This document shows positions 35,906-44,302 of a DNA stretch of 64,000 nt, in pieces (within the stretch, counting starts at the first letter, position 1; every line of letters begins with the position of its first letter). This DNA comes from Chromatiales bacterium. Lineage in GTDB: Bacteria > Pseudomonadota > Gammaproteobacteria > Xanthomonadales > SZUA-36. The notes beneath the pieces were generated by a model. The model searched no databases. It was not told the DNA's origin and saw only the letters and a program-made list of their open reading frames with translations. The translations under genes were made by a program, and so were the position numbers. Where the stretch lies: positions 20,040 to 84,039 of the forward strand of contig JAHEFS010000002.1 of NCBI GenBank assembly GCA_024640045.1, in the 5' to 3' direction.

Positions 35906-38539
35906 TCATTTCAGGGCATTACTCACGATCTCGGCCACATCTGGTGACAGGCCAGGCTGGCTGGCGATCCGCTCCAGAGCCTCGCGCATCAGCGCCTGCC
36001 GAGCCGGATCAAATCGCTTCCAGCGATTGAACGCAGAAACCATGCGTGCGGCCACCTGGGGATTCAGGGAGTTGAGTTCGAGCACGCGCTCGGCCAGAAA
36101 TTGGTATCCGGATCCGTCCGGAGCGTGAAAACCCGTCGGATTGGCCATGGCGAATGCGCCCACCAGCGACCGCACCTTGTTGGGGTTTCGCATGCTGAAT
36201 GCCGGGTGCCCCATCAATTCGCGAACCCGCACGACGGTGTCGTGCCCGGGTTGGGCCGCCTGCATGGCGAACCACTTGTCCATGACCAGTGCATCGTCTT
36301 TCCACTGCTGCTCAAAAGCGGCCAGGGCACCCTCCGCTGAAGGGTGCCGAGTCCGCACCAGGCTACCCAGTGCAGCCAATGTATCGGTCATATTGTCGCT
36401 GACCTCCAGTTGCGCCTGGCAAAGCGCCCCGCCCTGCGGTGTTTCGGCGAGGTACGCCAAGCAAGTATTGCGCAAGCTTCTGCGGGCCATGGAGGCTGGT
36501 GACTTATCATAGGCTTCGCCGCTGGCCGCCTCACGGTAGCGCTGATCAAAAAGGTCTTCCAGTGCTCCGGCCAGCCCCTTGCGAATGAACCGCCGGGCCT
36601 CGTGGATCCCATCCGGGTCCACCACGTCCACCTGTTCGGCCAGGTAGTCTTCGTCGGGAAGCATCATGGCTTCTGCCACCAGCGCAGGATCAGCCCGCTG
36701 ATCGTGCAACAGCCCCCTGAAGGCCGATACCAGGTCCTCCGCGAGTTCCATGTCACTGCCATCCGCGCTCCTGTGCACCTGCGTCAGGATGGTGTCTTGT
36801 GACAAGCGCTGGGCGGCTTCCCAACGCGCGTAAGGATCGGGATCGTGTGCGATCAGCGTGGCGAGTTCCGCCGGCGTGTAGTCGAATACAACTTTGACTG
36901 GGGCAGAAAAATCACGCAGTAATGAAGGCACCGGGCAGGTCGCCATCCCGGTAAAGGAAAAGCGTTGAACCGCCTCAGACAAAATCAGAATTCGTGAATA
37001 CTCGCCGGGCTGTTCCTCCCCCACCAGTTGCAGCGGCAGAGAATTCCCATCGGGACTCAGCAGGCCAACAGCGAACGGGATCAACAGGGACTCCTTCTCC
37101 GGTTGATCCGCCGTTGGCGGCGTTACCTGGGAAAGCTCGAGGGTATAGGTACCCGCACTCTCATCATACTCAGAACGGACCGTAACCTCTGGGGTACCAG
37201 ACTGGCTGTACCACCGACCGAACTGATCCAGGTCCGCTTCGTTCGCATCCGCCATCGCCGCACGGAAATCGTCGCAGGTGACCGCCTGGCCATCGTGCCG
37301 CTCAAAGTAGAGCCGCATACCTTTCTGGAATCCCTCTTCACCCAGTAGCGTGTGGTACAGGCGGATGACCGCTGCACCCTTCTGGTAAACGGTAGCCGTG
37401 TAAAAATTATTGACCTCGACGTAGCGGTCAGGCCTGATCGGGTGCGCCATCGGACCCGCATCTTCCGGAAACTGCCGGCTGCGCAAATCACGCGCATCCT
37501 GGATGCGTTTCACCGCCCGGGATTGCATGTCGGCCGAAAATTCCTCATCACGGAATACAGTTAGGCCTTCTTTCAGCGTGAGCTGGAACCAGTCACGACA
37601 GGTGACCCGGTTACCCGTCCAGTTATGGAAGTACTCATGCCCGATCACGCTTTCTATGGCCTGGTAATCCCAGTCAGTGGCTGTATCCGGCCGCGCCAGC
37701 ACGTACTTCGAGTTGAAGATATTGAGCGATTTGTTTTCCATCGCGCCCATGTTGAAGTCGTTTGTCGCGACGATGTTGTAGATGTCGAGATCGTACTCCA
37801 GGCCGAAACGCTGCTCGTCCCAACGCATGGCGTGAATGAGGGACTCCATCGCGTGATCACAGCGATCGATATTTTCTTTTTCAACATAGACCCGGAGCGT
37901 GACTTCACGTCCGCTGCAGGTAATGAACCGGTCCTCAACATGGGCCAGGTCCCCTGCCACCAGTGCGAACAGGTATGAGGGCTTGGGGAACGGGTCTTGC
38001 CAGCGAACCCAATGGCGCTGACCGCTCGCGCCCGAACCCACGGCATTGCCATTGGACAGCAATACCGGGTAGCGGAGCTGGTCGCCCTCGATCGTCACAT
38101 CGAAGCGTGTCATGACATCCGGGCGGTCAGGGAACCATGTAATCGTGCGGAAGCCTTCTGCTTCGCATTGAGTCAGCAGGAAATCTCCAGACTGGTACAA
38201 GCCTTCCAGAGCGGTATTCTGCGTAGGGTGGATCAGGACCTCGATCGACAAAACACACTCGTGAGGCACTTGATCAATCGACATGGACTCACCCGAGACG
38301 TGGTACCTGTCCGGTCCCAGCACTTCCCCATCGATGCGAATGTACAGGGTCTCCAGGTCGCGACCATCCAGCTGCAGGGTCGTATCCGGCATCCCTTCTT
38401 TCCGCCTGACCTGCATTTCGGACTTCACCCGCGTTCCATCCTCCCGAATATCGAAGTGAAGATCGAGACTCTGGATATGCCAGGGGTAAGGTTTGTAATC
38501 CTTGCGATTGATGGCTTTGCCTGCCATTCCTTCTTTCAT
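35906..38539 (-). CDS. pepN: Aminopeptidase N
   Basis: GAMEN motif (NMGAMENKSLN) and HEYFHNWTGNRVTCRDWFQLTLKEGLTVF (HExxH-x18-E). It is collinear with E. coli PepN. I prefer the ATG at 38539 (MKEGMAGK), which has AAGGAA 5 nt upstream. Confidence 0.95.
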   Translation of the reverse strand: MKEGMAGKAINRKDYKPYPWHIQSLDLHFDIREDGTRVKSEMQVRRKEGMPDTTLQLDGRDLETLYIRIDGEVLGPDRYHVSGESMSIDQVPHECVLSIEVLIHPTQNTALEGLYQSGDFLLTQCEAEGFRTITWFPDRPDVMTRFDVTIEGDQLRYPVLLSNGNAVGSGASGQRHWVRWQDPFPKPSYLFALVAGDLAHVEDRFITCSGREVTLRVYVEKENIDRCDHAMESLIHAMRWDEQRFGLEYDLDIYNIVATNDFNMGAMENKSLNIFNSKYVLARPDTATDWDYQAIESVIGHEYFHNWTGNRVTCRDWFQLTLKEGLTVFRDEEFSADMQSRAVKRIQDARDLRSRQFPEDAGPMAHPIRPDRYVEVNNFYTATVYQKGAAVIRLYHTLLGEEGFQKGMRLYFERHDGQAVTCDDFRAAMADANEADLDQFGRWYSQSGTPEVTVRSEYDESAGTYTLELSQVTPPTADQPEKESLLIPFAVGLLSPDGNSLPLQLVGEEQPGEYSRILILSEAVQRFSFTGMATCPVPSLLRDFSAPVKVVFDYTPAELATLIAHDPDPYARWEAAQRLSQDTILTQVHRSADGSDMELAEDLVSAFRGLLHDQRADPALVAEAMMLPDEDYLAEQVDVVDPDGIHEARRFIRKGLAGALEDLFDQRYREAASGEAYDKSPASMARRSLRNTCLAYLAETPQGGALCQAQLEVSDNMTDTLAALGSLVRTRHPSAEGALAAFEQQWKDDALVMDKWFAMQAAQPGHDTVVRVRELMGHPAFSMRNPNKVRSLVGAFAMANPTGFHAPDGSGYQFLAERVLELNSLNPQVAARMVSAFNRWKRFDPARQALMREALERIASQPGLSPDVAEIVSNALK

Positions 38540-38692
38540 TTTGATTCCTTGCAACAGTCTTTGGGGGAGGTCCGGCCGGGGTCTCATATTATAAAGCCCG
38601 ACACGGCTTAATCCATGGGCGCGGTGCAGGCGCTTGCCTTACCGTCCGGTTGGCGATAACGTGCTGCTCACCCTCTCGCACATTACCATCCC

Positions 38693-39679
38693 ATGCAACT
38701 CGAAGCGGCAGACGCCCAACCGGAATTCGACGATATACTGGCTGCGTACCATCGTATCCATCAACATGTTCGACACACCCCGGTCATCAATGATCCGCAG
38801 CTGGACGCCACCCTGGGCTGCCAACTTTTTTGCAAGTGCGAAAACCAGCAAGAAATCGGCGCGTTCAAGATTCGCGGCGCAATGAATGCCGTGCTGAGCC
38901 TGCGCGAACAGGGCATTACATCAGATCTGGCTACACATTCCTCAGGCAATCACGGTGCCGCCGTGGCCGCTGCTGCCAGGCAAGACGGTCGCAGGGCAGT
39001 AGTCGTCATGCCGGAGAATTCGCTCGAGGCAAAAGTCCATAATGTCAGGCGTTTCGGAGGTGAAGTGGTGTTCTGCAAGGCCAACCAGCAGGCGCGCGAA
39101 AGCGGCTTGCAGACGCTGGTTGACCAAGGGCTGGTAGCGGTGCATCCCTACGATCAGCATGAGATTATTTGCGGCCAGGGTACGGCCGCGCTGGAGTTGC
39201 TCGAGGAACATCCTGAACTGGACATCCTCCTGGCACCTGTGGGTGGTGGCGGGCTCATCGCCGGTTGCGCCATTGCAGCCCGGCACCTCAGGCCGGAAAT
39301 TCGCGTTCTGGCCGCGGAGCCGGAAGGCGCGGCAGATACAGCGGAGTCCCTGCGGCGTGGTGAACGCGTGACCGAGTGGAAACCAGACACCATGGCCGAT
39401 GGATTACGAGCTATTGTCGGGCGACTTCCATTCCAGATCATTCAGCAACAGGTCGAGGCCGTGCTGACCGTTTCTGAAAATAGCATTCTGGCCGGCATGG
39501 AACTCGTCTGGCGCCACTTTGGCATGCTGATCGAACCTTCTTCGGCGACTGTCATCGCGGCTATGGTCCAGTACCCTGAGAATTTTTCCGGGTGCAAGGT
39601 GGGTGTCATCTTCACAGGTGGTAATGTCGATCCGCTCACTTTCCCCGAATTGAAACCTCGTGAACCCGGCCAGCCCTGA
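38693..39679 (+). CDS. PLP-dependent serine/threonine dehydratase family enzyme
   Basis: PLP-lysine motif CENQQEIGAFKIRGAMN, glycine loop PVGGGGLIAG, 328 aa. Confidence 0.85.
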   Translation: MQLEAADAQPEFDDILAAYHRIHQHVRHTPVINDPQLDATLGCQLFCKCENQQEIGAFKIRGAMNAVLSLREQGITSDLATHSSGNHGAAVAAAARQDGRRAVVVMPENSLEAKVHNVRRFGGEVVFCKANQQARESGLQTLVDQGLVAVHPYDQHEIICGQGTAALELLEEHPELDILLAPVGGGGLIAGCAIAARHLRPEIRVLAAEPEGAADTAESLRRGERVTEWKPDTMADGLRAIVGRLPFQIIQQQVEAVLTVSENSILAGMELVWRHFGMLIEPSSATVIAAMVQYPENFSGCKVGVIFTGGNVDPLTFPELKPREPGQP

Positions 39680-40247
39680 CTTTCATCGCTGCGTCTGGGC
39701 GGGCATTGACCCACTGAATGTCGCGTACCACGATTCCGAATGGGGACGGCCGGTTTATGACGAGCGGAATTTATTCGAGGCCTTGACGCTGGAGGGTGCC
39801 CAGGCCGGCCTGAGTTGGCTGACCATTCTGCGTAAACGGGAAGGCTACCGTTCGGCTTTCGCGGGTTTCGATCCCGAGCGGGTGGCAAGATTCGGCGAAC
39901 AGGAGTTTGAAAGCCTGCTCACCAACCCCGGTATCGTCAGACACCGCGGAAAAGTTGAATCAACCATTACAAATGCGCGCCTCATACTGGATCTGCGGCA
40001 ACAGGGAACGCCTTTCTCGGAATTGGTTTGGGAGGCAGTGAACGGCGAACCGAAAATCAATCACTGGCGACGACTGAGTGAGATTCCTGGCAGCACAGCC
40101 GAGTCCGACGATTTAAGCAAACGCCTGAAGCGGTTGGGATTCCGATTCGTGGGTCCAACAACCTGTTATGCCTTCATGCAAGCTGCCGGGCTGGTCAATG
40201 ATCACGAAATCCATTGCTTCTGCCACCCGACACGTGCCGGCGCATAA
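39660..40247 (+). CDS. tag: DNA-3-methyladenine glycosylase I
   Basis: RCVWAGIDPLNVAYHDSEWGRPVYDERNLFEALTLEGAQAGLSWLTILRKREGYR, collinear with E. coli Tag. It has a GTG start overlapping the preceding gene by 20 nt. No ATG is available. Confidence 0.85.
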   Translation: MNPASPDFHRCVWAGIDPLNVAYHDSEWGRPVYDERNLFEALTLEGAQAGLSWLTILRKREGYRSAFAGFDPERVARFGEQEFESLLTNPGIVRHRGKVESTITNARLILDLRQQGTPFSELVWEAVNGEPKINHWRRLSEIPGSTAESDDLSKRLKRLGFRFVGPTTCYAFMQAAGLVNDHEIHCFCHPTRAGA

Positions 40248-40335
40248 TTCTTGCGCATCCTCCTGCAAGGTGTCATATACTTCGCGATCAGTTTTCCAAG
40301 CCTCGACGGCCCCAGTTCACTCATGATCGATCACC

Positions 40336-40845
40336 ATGCCTGATTCGCAGTTCCTTTACCTTTTGCGGCACGCCAAAGCGGAACCCTGGTACCCCGGTGT
40401 CAACGATTTCGCCCGTCCGCTGAGTGATCGCGGAGTGCGCCACATGGAACGCCTGGCCCGATGGGCCGAAACGGAGCTTGCCCCCCCGCAACTGGTGTTG
40501 TGCTCCCCTTCCACGCGAACGCGAGAAACCCTCGACCCCTTGTTGACTGCCTGGCTGGGATTGCAGTCGGTCATCCGCTATGAACCCCTGATTTACGAGG
40601 CGACGGCCGGCCAACTACAGGGCCTGGCCGAAGCGGCTTTTGAGGAAACCGATTCCCTCATGCTGATCGGGCACAATCCCGGGTTCGAATACCTGGCCCA
40701 TTCCGTCATGAACGATGTGGATGCACAGCGAATCTCGAAAATGGCTGTTGGCTCGCTAGCCGTGATCGAATTCCAGGGTGGATGGGCACAGGGGGCCGGA
40801 GATGGGCGTCTCAAGCACTGGGTTCGGCGGAAAGACCTGGGGTGA
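40336..40845 (+). CDS. sixA: Histidine phosphatase family protein, SixA-like phosphohistidine phosphatase
   Basis: LYLLRHAKAE (RHG-type motif)...RPLSDRGVRH...LCSPSTRTRETL...IGHNPG; 169 aa. Confidence 0.7.
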   Translation: MPDSQFLYLLRHAKAEPWYPGVNDFARPLSDRGVRHMERLARWAETELAPPQLVLCSPSTRTRETLDPLLTAWLGLQSVIRYEPLIYEATAGQLQGLAEAAFEETDSLMLIGHNPGFEYLAHSVMNDVDAQRISKMAVGSLAVIEFQGGWAQGAGDGRLKHWVRRKDLG

Positions 40846-40872
40846 TTGATAGAACCAGCCTTTCCTGTTCAT

Positions 40873-41346
40873 TCACGAACCAGGGTTGAGCGAGCACGTC
40901 TCGAAAATCCGGGCCAGACCTTCGATGCCGCGTTCATCGGCAACGTCGAAACGCCCGCGAACCGGGCTGTCCAGATCCAGCACGCCGAACACCTTCCCCT
41001 GGCTGAACAGCGGAATCACCAGCTCAGAATTGGATTCAACGTCGCACGCAATGTGCCCATCGAATTCGTGCACGTCCTCCACGCGCTGGTTGAGACCCGT
41101 TGCCGCAGCCGCCCCGCAGACACCCCGGCCCACCGGAATGGAAACGCAGGCAGGTTTGCCCTGGAAAGGCCCCACAATCAGCTCTTCACCCTCGAGGAAA
41201 TAGAACCCGGCCCAGTTCAGAGCCGGAATCTCCTGAAAAATCAACGCACTCAAATTGGCAGCATTGGCAATCAGGTGGTGCTGCCCTGACAACAGCGCCC
41301 GTGCCTGAGCCTGCAAGCGGGAATAGTCAACGGGCTCTGCTTTCAT
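40873..41346 (-). CDS. GAF domain protein, free methionine-(R)-sulfoxide reductase (YebR/MsrC) type
   Basis: 157 aa. WAGFYFLEGEELIVGPFQGKPACVSIPVGRGVCG...HIACDVESNSELVIPL matches the YebR-type GAF family. Confidence 0.8.
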   Translation of the reverse strand: MKAEPVDYSRLQAQARALLSGQHHLIANAANLSALIFQEIPALNWAGFYFLEGEELIVGPFQGKPACVSIPVGRGVCGAAAATGLNQRVEDVHEFDGHIACDVESNSELVIPLFSQGKVFGVLDLDSPVRGRFDVADERGIEGLARIFETCSLNPGS

Positions 41347-41440
41347 CGCCGTTCAGTGATTCGACTGCGAAATGATCATGCACGGATTCTGGAGCCGGCC
41401 ACGGTTGAATTCAAGCACGAGAGGCGATGGGTTTGATCGG

Positions 41441-42034
41441 TTACCGTCGGAAAACAAGCAAGAAATTGTTGGCTGGCATGGAAACTTTTTGCTCCAGTGT
41501 CATTGCCTGTCGGCTGGCCAACCGCTCCAGGTCAGCCATATCCCTGAGTCCCATCTCAGCGTCGCGTGACCGCAGCCGGCCATCGAACTCCTCGTTGCTG
41601 GGAGCGGTGAAGCGTCCATTCACATTGAAGGGCCCATAAAGCACGAACGGGCCGCCCGGAACGAGGACCCTGCCCACTCCTTCGAACAGGGCGCAAACAC
41701 CGCCCCAGGACATGATGTGCGCGGTATTGGCCGAATAAACGGCCTGGAAAAGCTCATCCGGCCAGGGATCGCTCAGCACGTCCAGGCAAATGGGTGGAGG
41801 CGTACGCTCGTTGCCTTCACGGGCCAAACGGGCGCGCAACCCTGGCAACTCCGACTGACGTTCACTGGACTGCCATTGCAGACCCTCAATTGCTGCCGAA
41901 AAAAACACGGCGTGCTGGCCGGTTCCCGACCCGATTTCGAGCAGGCGGCCCCTGACCGGCAACCATTGCTTCAATTGCTCCAATATGGGGTGTTTGTTGC
42001 GTTCACTGGCCGGCGCAAACGACAAATCCTTCAT
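41441..42034 (-). CDS. DUF938 family class I SAM-dependent methyltransferase
   Basis: The ATG at 42034 (MKDLSFAPASERNKHPILEQL...) forms an ATGA overlap with the hutF stop. SAM motif I is LLEIGSGTGQH. ERNKxPI is the DUF938 hallmark as I recall it. Confidence 0.8.
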   Translation of the reverse strand: MKDLSFAPASERNKHPILEQLKQWLPVRGRLLEIGSGTGQHAVFFSAAIEGLQWQSSERQSELPGLRARLAREGNERTPPPICLDVLSDPWPDELFQAVYSANTAHIMSWGGVCALFEGVGRVLVPGGPFVLYGPFNVNGRFTAPSNEEFDGRLRSRDAEMGLRDMADLERLASRQAMTLEQKVSMPANNFLLVFRR

Positions 42035-43401
42035 CGCGCAAGTATTCCCTGCATGGTTTTTCTGAATGCCGCTTCCAGTTTCTCTTCGTCTGCGTGATGT
42101 CCGCCCGTTATGACGCACTGGCCGGCCACCCATACTGAACGGATCATGTCCTCGTTCCCCGCAAATACCCAGGTGTCCAGCAGTCGATCCGGGGTTCGTC
42201 CCTGCAAAAGCGAATGATCCGTGTCCAACTCAATCAGGTCGGCACGGACCCCGACCTCGAGGCGGCCTGTTCCCTGGCCGATCGCCCTGGCGCCGGCCTG
42301 TGCGGCTTGGGTATAGAGCGACTCGCCGCACGAGCGACCGTCCTGCACGAGCACGTTACGGCGACCCTGGCGCAAGCGCTCCACGTACTCCAGCAGACGA
42401 AGCTCTTCACTGACGGAAATACGTACGTTGCTGTCCGAACCGATTCCGAAACTGCCGCCGGCCTTCAGCCATTGATCCGTTTCGAAGAACCCGTCTCCCA
42501 GGTCCGCCTCCGTGGTCGGGCACAGGCCCGCGACCGCACCTTGTGCGGCTGCGTCCGCCTGTTCATGCTCGTTCATATGCGTGGCGTGGACCAGGCACCA
42601 GTGATTATCGACCGGCGCGTTTGCCAACAGCCACTCGACTGGCCTTGCTCCCAGGGCTTCGCGACAGTCACGAACCTCTGCGGGTTGCTCAGCGATGTGC
42701 AGGTGCAGCGGCCAGCCAGGCGGAAGGGATTCGGTCAGGCGTGTCAGTGTTGCTGGCGCCACCGCCCGCAGCGAGTGCGGGGCCGCACCCAGGCGGCAAT
42801 TCGGGTGCGTTCTCAACAATCCGCGACAGTCATCGAGCAGGCCCAGGTAAGCGTCGAGATCGTGATGGAATCTGAGCTGGTGGGGGCCGACGCTCTCGGA
42901 CCCAAAACCTGAGCGCTCGTAGAGCACCGGCAACAAGGTCACTGGCATGCCCGCCGCCGCCGCCGCGCCCAGGACGCGGCCACTCATCTCGGCTTTTTCC
43001 GGGTAACGATGTCCCTTCGGCTGGTGGTGGAGATAGTGAAATTCGGCGCAGCTTGTGAACCCGGCCCGCAACATCTGAACATAGACCCAGGTCAGACAAT
43101 CCTGGAACTCCTCCGGGCCAATCAGCGCGGCCAACTGGTACATGGCCTGGCGCCAGCTCCAGAAATCATCTTCGACACCGGGCGTCACACCGGTCAAACC
43201 GGCCACCAGGTGCTGGAAGCCATGGCTATGCAGGTTGGGCATGCCTGGAATGACACTTCCCCTGAGCCTGAGTGACGTGTCTTTTGCGCGACCCCGGGAG
43301 ACCTTCGTGATCATGCCGGCCGCATCCAGGTCCAGACATACGTCTTCCTGCCAGCCATCTCCGAGCAGTGCCCGGTCACAGCCGATACGACGCTCAACCA
43401 T
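42031..43401 (-). CDS. hutF: Formimidoylglutamate deiminase
   Basis: PGMPNLHSHGFQ, AEFHYLHH, LHLHIAEQPAEVRDC, WCLVHATH, GIGSDSNV. It is collinear with Pseudomonas HutF as I recall it (amidohydrolase superfamily). Confidence 0.85.
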   Translation of the reverse strand: MVERRIGCDRALLGDGWQEDVCLDLDAAGMITKVSRGRAKDTSLRLRGSVIPGMPNLHSHGFQHLVAGLTGVTPGVEDDFWSWRQAMYQLAALIGPEEFQDCLTWVYVQMLRAGFTSCAEFHYLHHQPKGHRYPEKAEMSGRVLGAAAAAGMPVTLLPVLYERSGFGSESVGPHQLRFHHDLDAYLGLLDDCRGLLRTHPNCRLGAAPHSLRAVAPATLTRLTESLPPGWPLHLHIAEQPAEVRDCREALGARPVEWLLANAPVDNHWCLVHATHMNEHEQADAAAQGAVAGLCPTTEADLGDGFFETDQWLKAGGSFGIGSDSNVRISVSEELRLLEYVERLRQGRRNVLVQDGRSCGESLYTQAAQAGARAIGQGTGRLEVGVRADLIELDTDHSLLQGRTPDRLLDTWVFAGNEDMIRSVWVAGQCVITGGHHADEEKLEAAFRKTMQGILAR

Positions 43402-44188
43402 TCATCGGCCTCCATGTCAGCAGCAGTCGCATGAAGTCTTCCGCCAGCGCCTGGGCCTTTTCCAGTTTGCCTGGATCCCGCTCGGGCGGGGATTCCTGCA
43501 TGTAAACCTGCTGGGCCATTTCAAGTTGCAGGGCGTGGACCCCCGCGGCCGGCCGACCATAGTGGCGCGTAATGAACCCACCCTTGAAACGCCCGTCCAG
43601 GACGCTCGAGCAATCCGGCCAGCCCTGTAACTGACGAAAAGCGGCCTGCACCAGGTTTGCGGAGGCACTGGCGCCGTCGAAACTACCCAGGTTCAGATCA
43701 GGCAAACGCCCCTGGAACAACCGCGGCACATGGCTCCTGATCGAATGCGCATCCAGCAGCAAAACAAATCCGTGAATTTGACGGAGCCGCTCGAGTTCCG
43801 CGGCCAGGGCCCGATGATACGGATGCCAGTACCGTTGCAGCCGAAGCGGGACTTGCTCTGGGCCGAGGGCATTTTCAGCAAGGTACAAGGGCTCGCCATC
43901 GAATGTTGCTGTTGGCACCAAGCCCGAACCGGGGCCGGCGTATAGCGCTTCGTCGTCAGGAGGGCGATTCAGATCAATGACATAGCGCGAGTAATTTGCG
44001 ACCAACATGCTCGCCCCCAGCTGCGGCGCGCCGGCCCAGACCTGGTCAATCCACCAGTCCGTATCCGGTAATTCACGCGCCAATGGCGTAAGCCGTCCTG
44101 ACAAATCAGGCAAAAGCTCAGTTCCCGCATGAGGCACACTCACCAACAGAGGTCTTTCACCGCGGTGCAGACGATAAGGTTCAGACAT
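43394..44188 (-). CDS. hutG: N-formylglutamate deformylase (amidohydrolase)
   Basis: 264 aa. PLLVSVPHAGTELLPD...YVIDLNRP...LLDAHS matches the FGase family. There is an 8-nt overlap with hutF. Confidence 0.8.
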   Translation of the reverse strand: MSEPYRLHRGERPLLVSVPHAGTELLPDLSGRLTPLARELPDTDWWIDQVWAGAPQLGASMLVANYSRYVIDLNRPPDDEALYAGPGSGLVPTATFDGEPLYLAENALGPEQVPLRLQRYWHPYHRALAAELERLRQIHGFVLLLDAHSIRSHVPRLFQGRLPDLNLGSFDGASASANLVQAAFRQLQGWPDCSSVLDGRFKGGFITRHYGRPAAGVHALQLEMAQQVYMQESPPERDPGKLEKAQALAEDFMRLLLTWRPMNG

Positions 44189-44246
44189 GGGCTCCGTTCC
44201 GAACTTTCCTGTTCAGACCATATCAGGTCTTTCCACCTTTGCGCAC

Positions 44247-44278
44247 AAAAAAAATGCCCGGGCGCTGGCCCGGGCATT
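44247..44278 (-). terminator. Rho-independent terminator of pilQ
   Basis: On the minus strand: a 9-bp stem ATGCCCGGG / CCCGGGCAT with a 6-nt loop, followed by eight T residues, 25 nt after the pilQ stop. Confidence 0.75.
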
Positions 44279-44302
44279 GATCTCTGTGCCAAGTCTGGCG
44301 AA

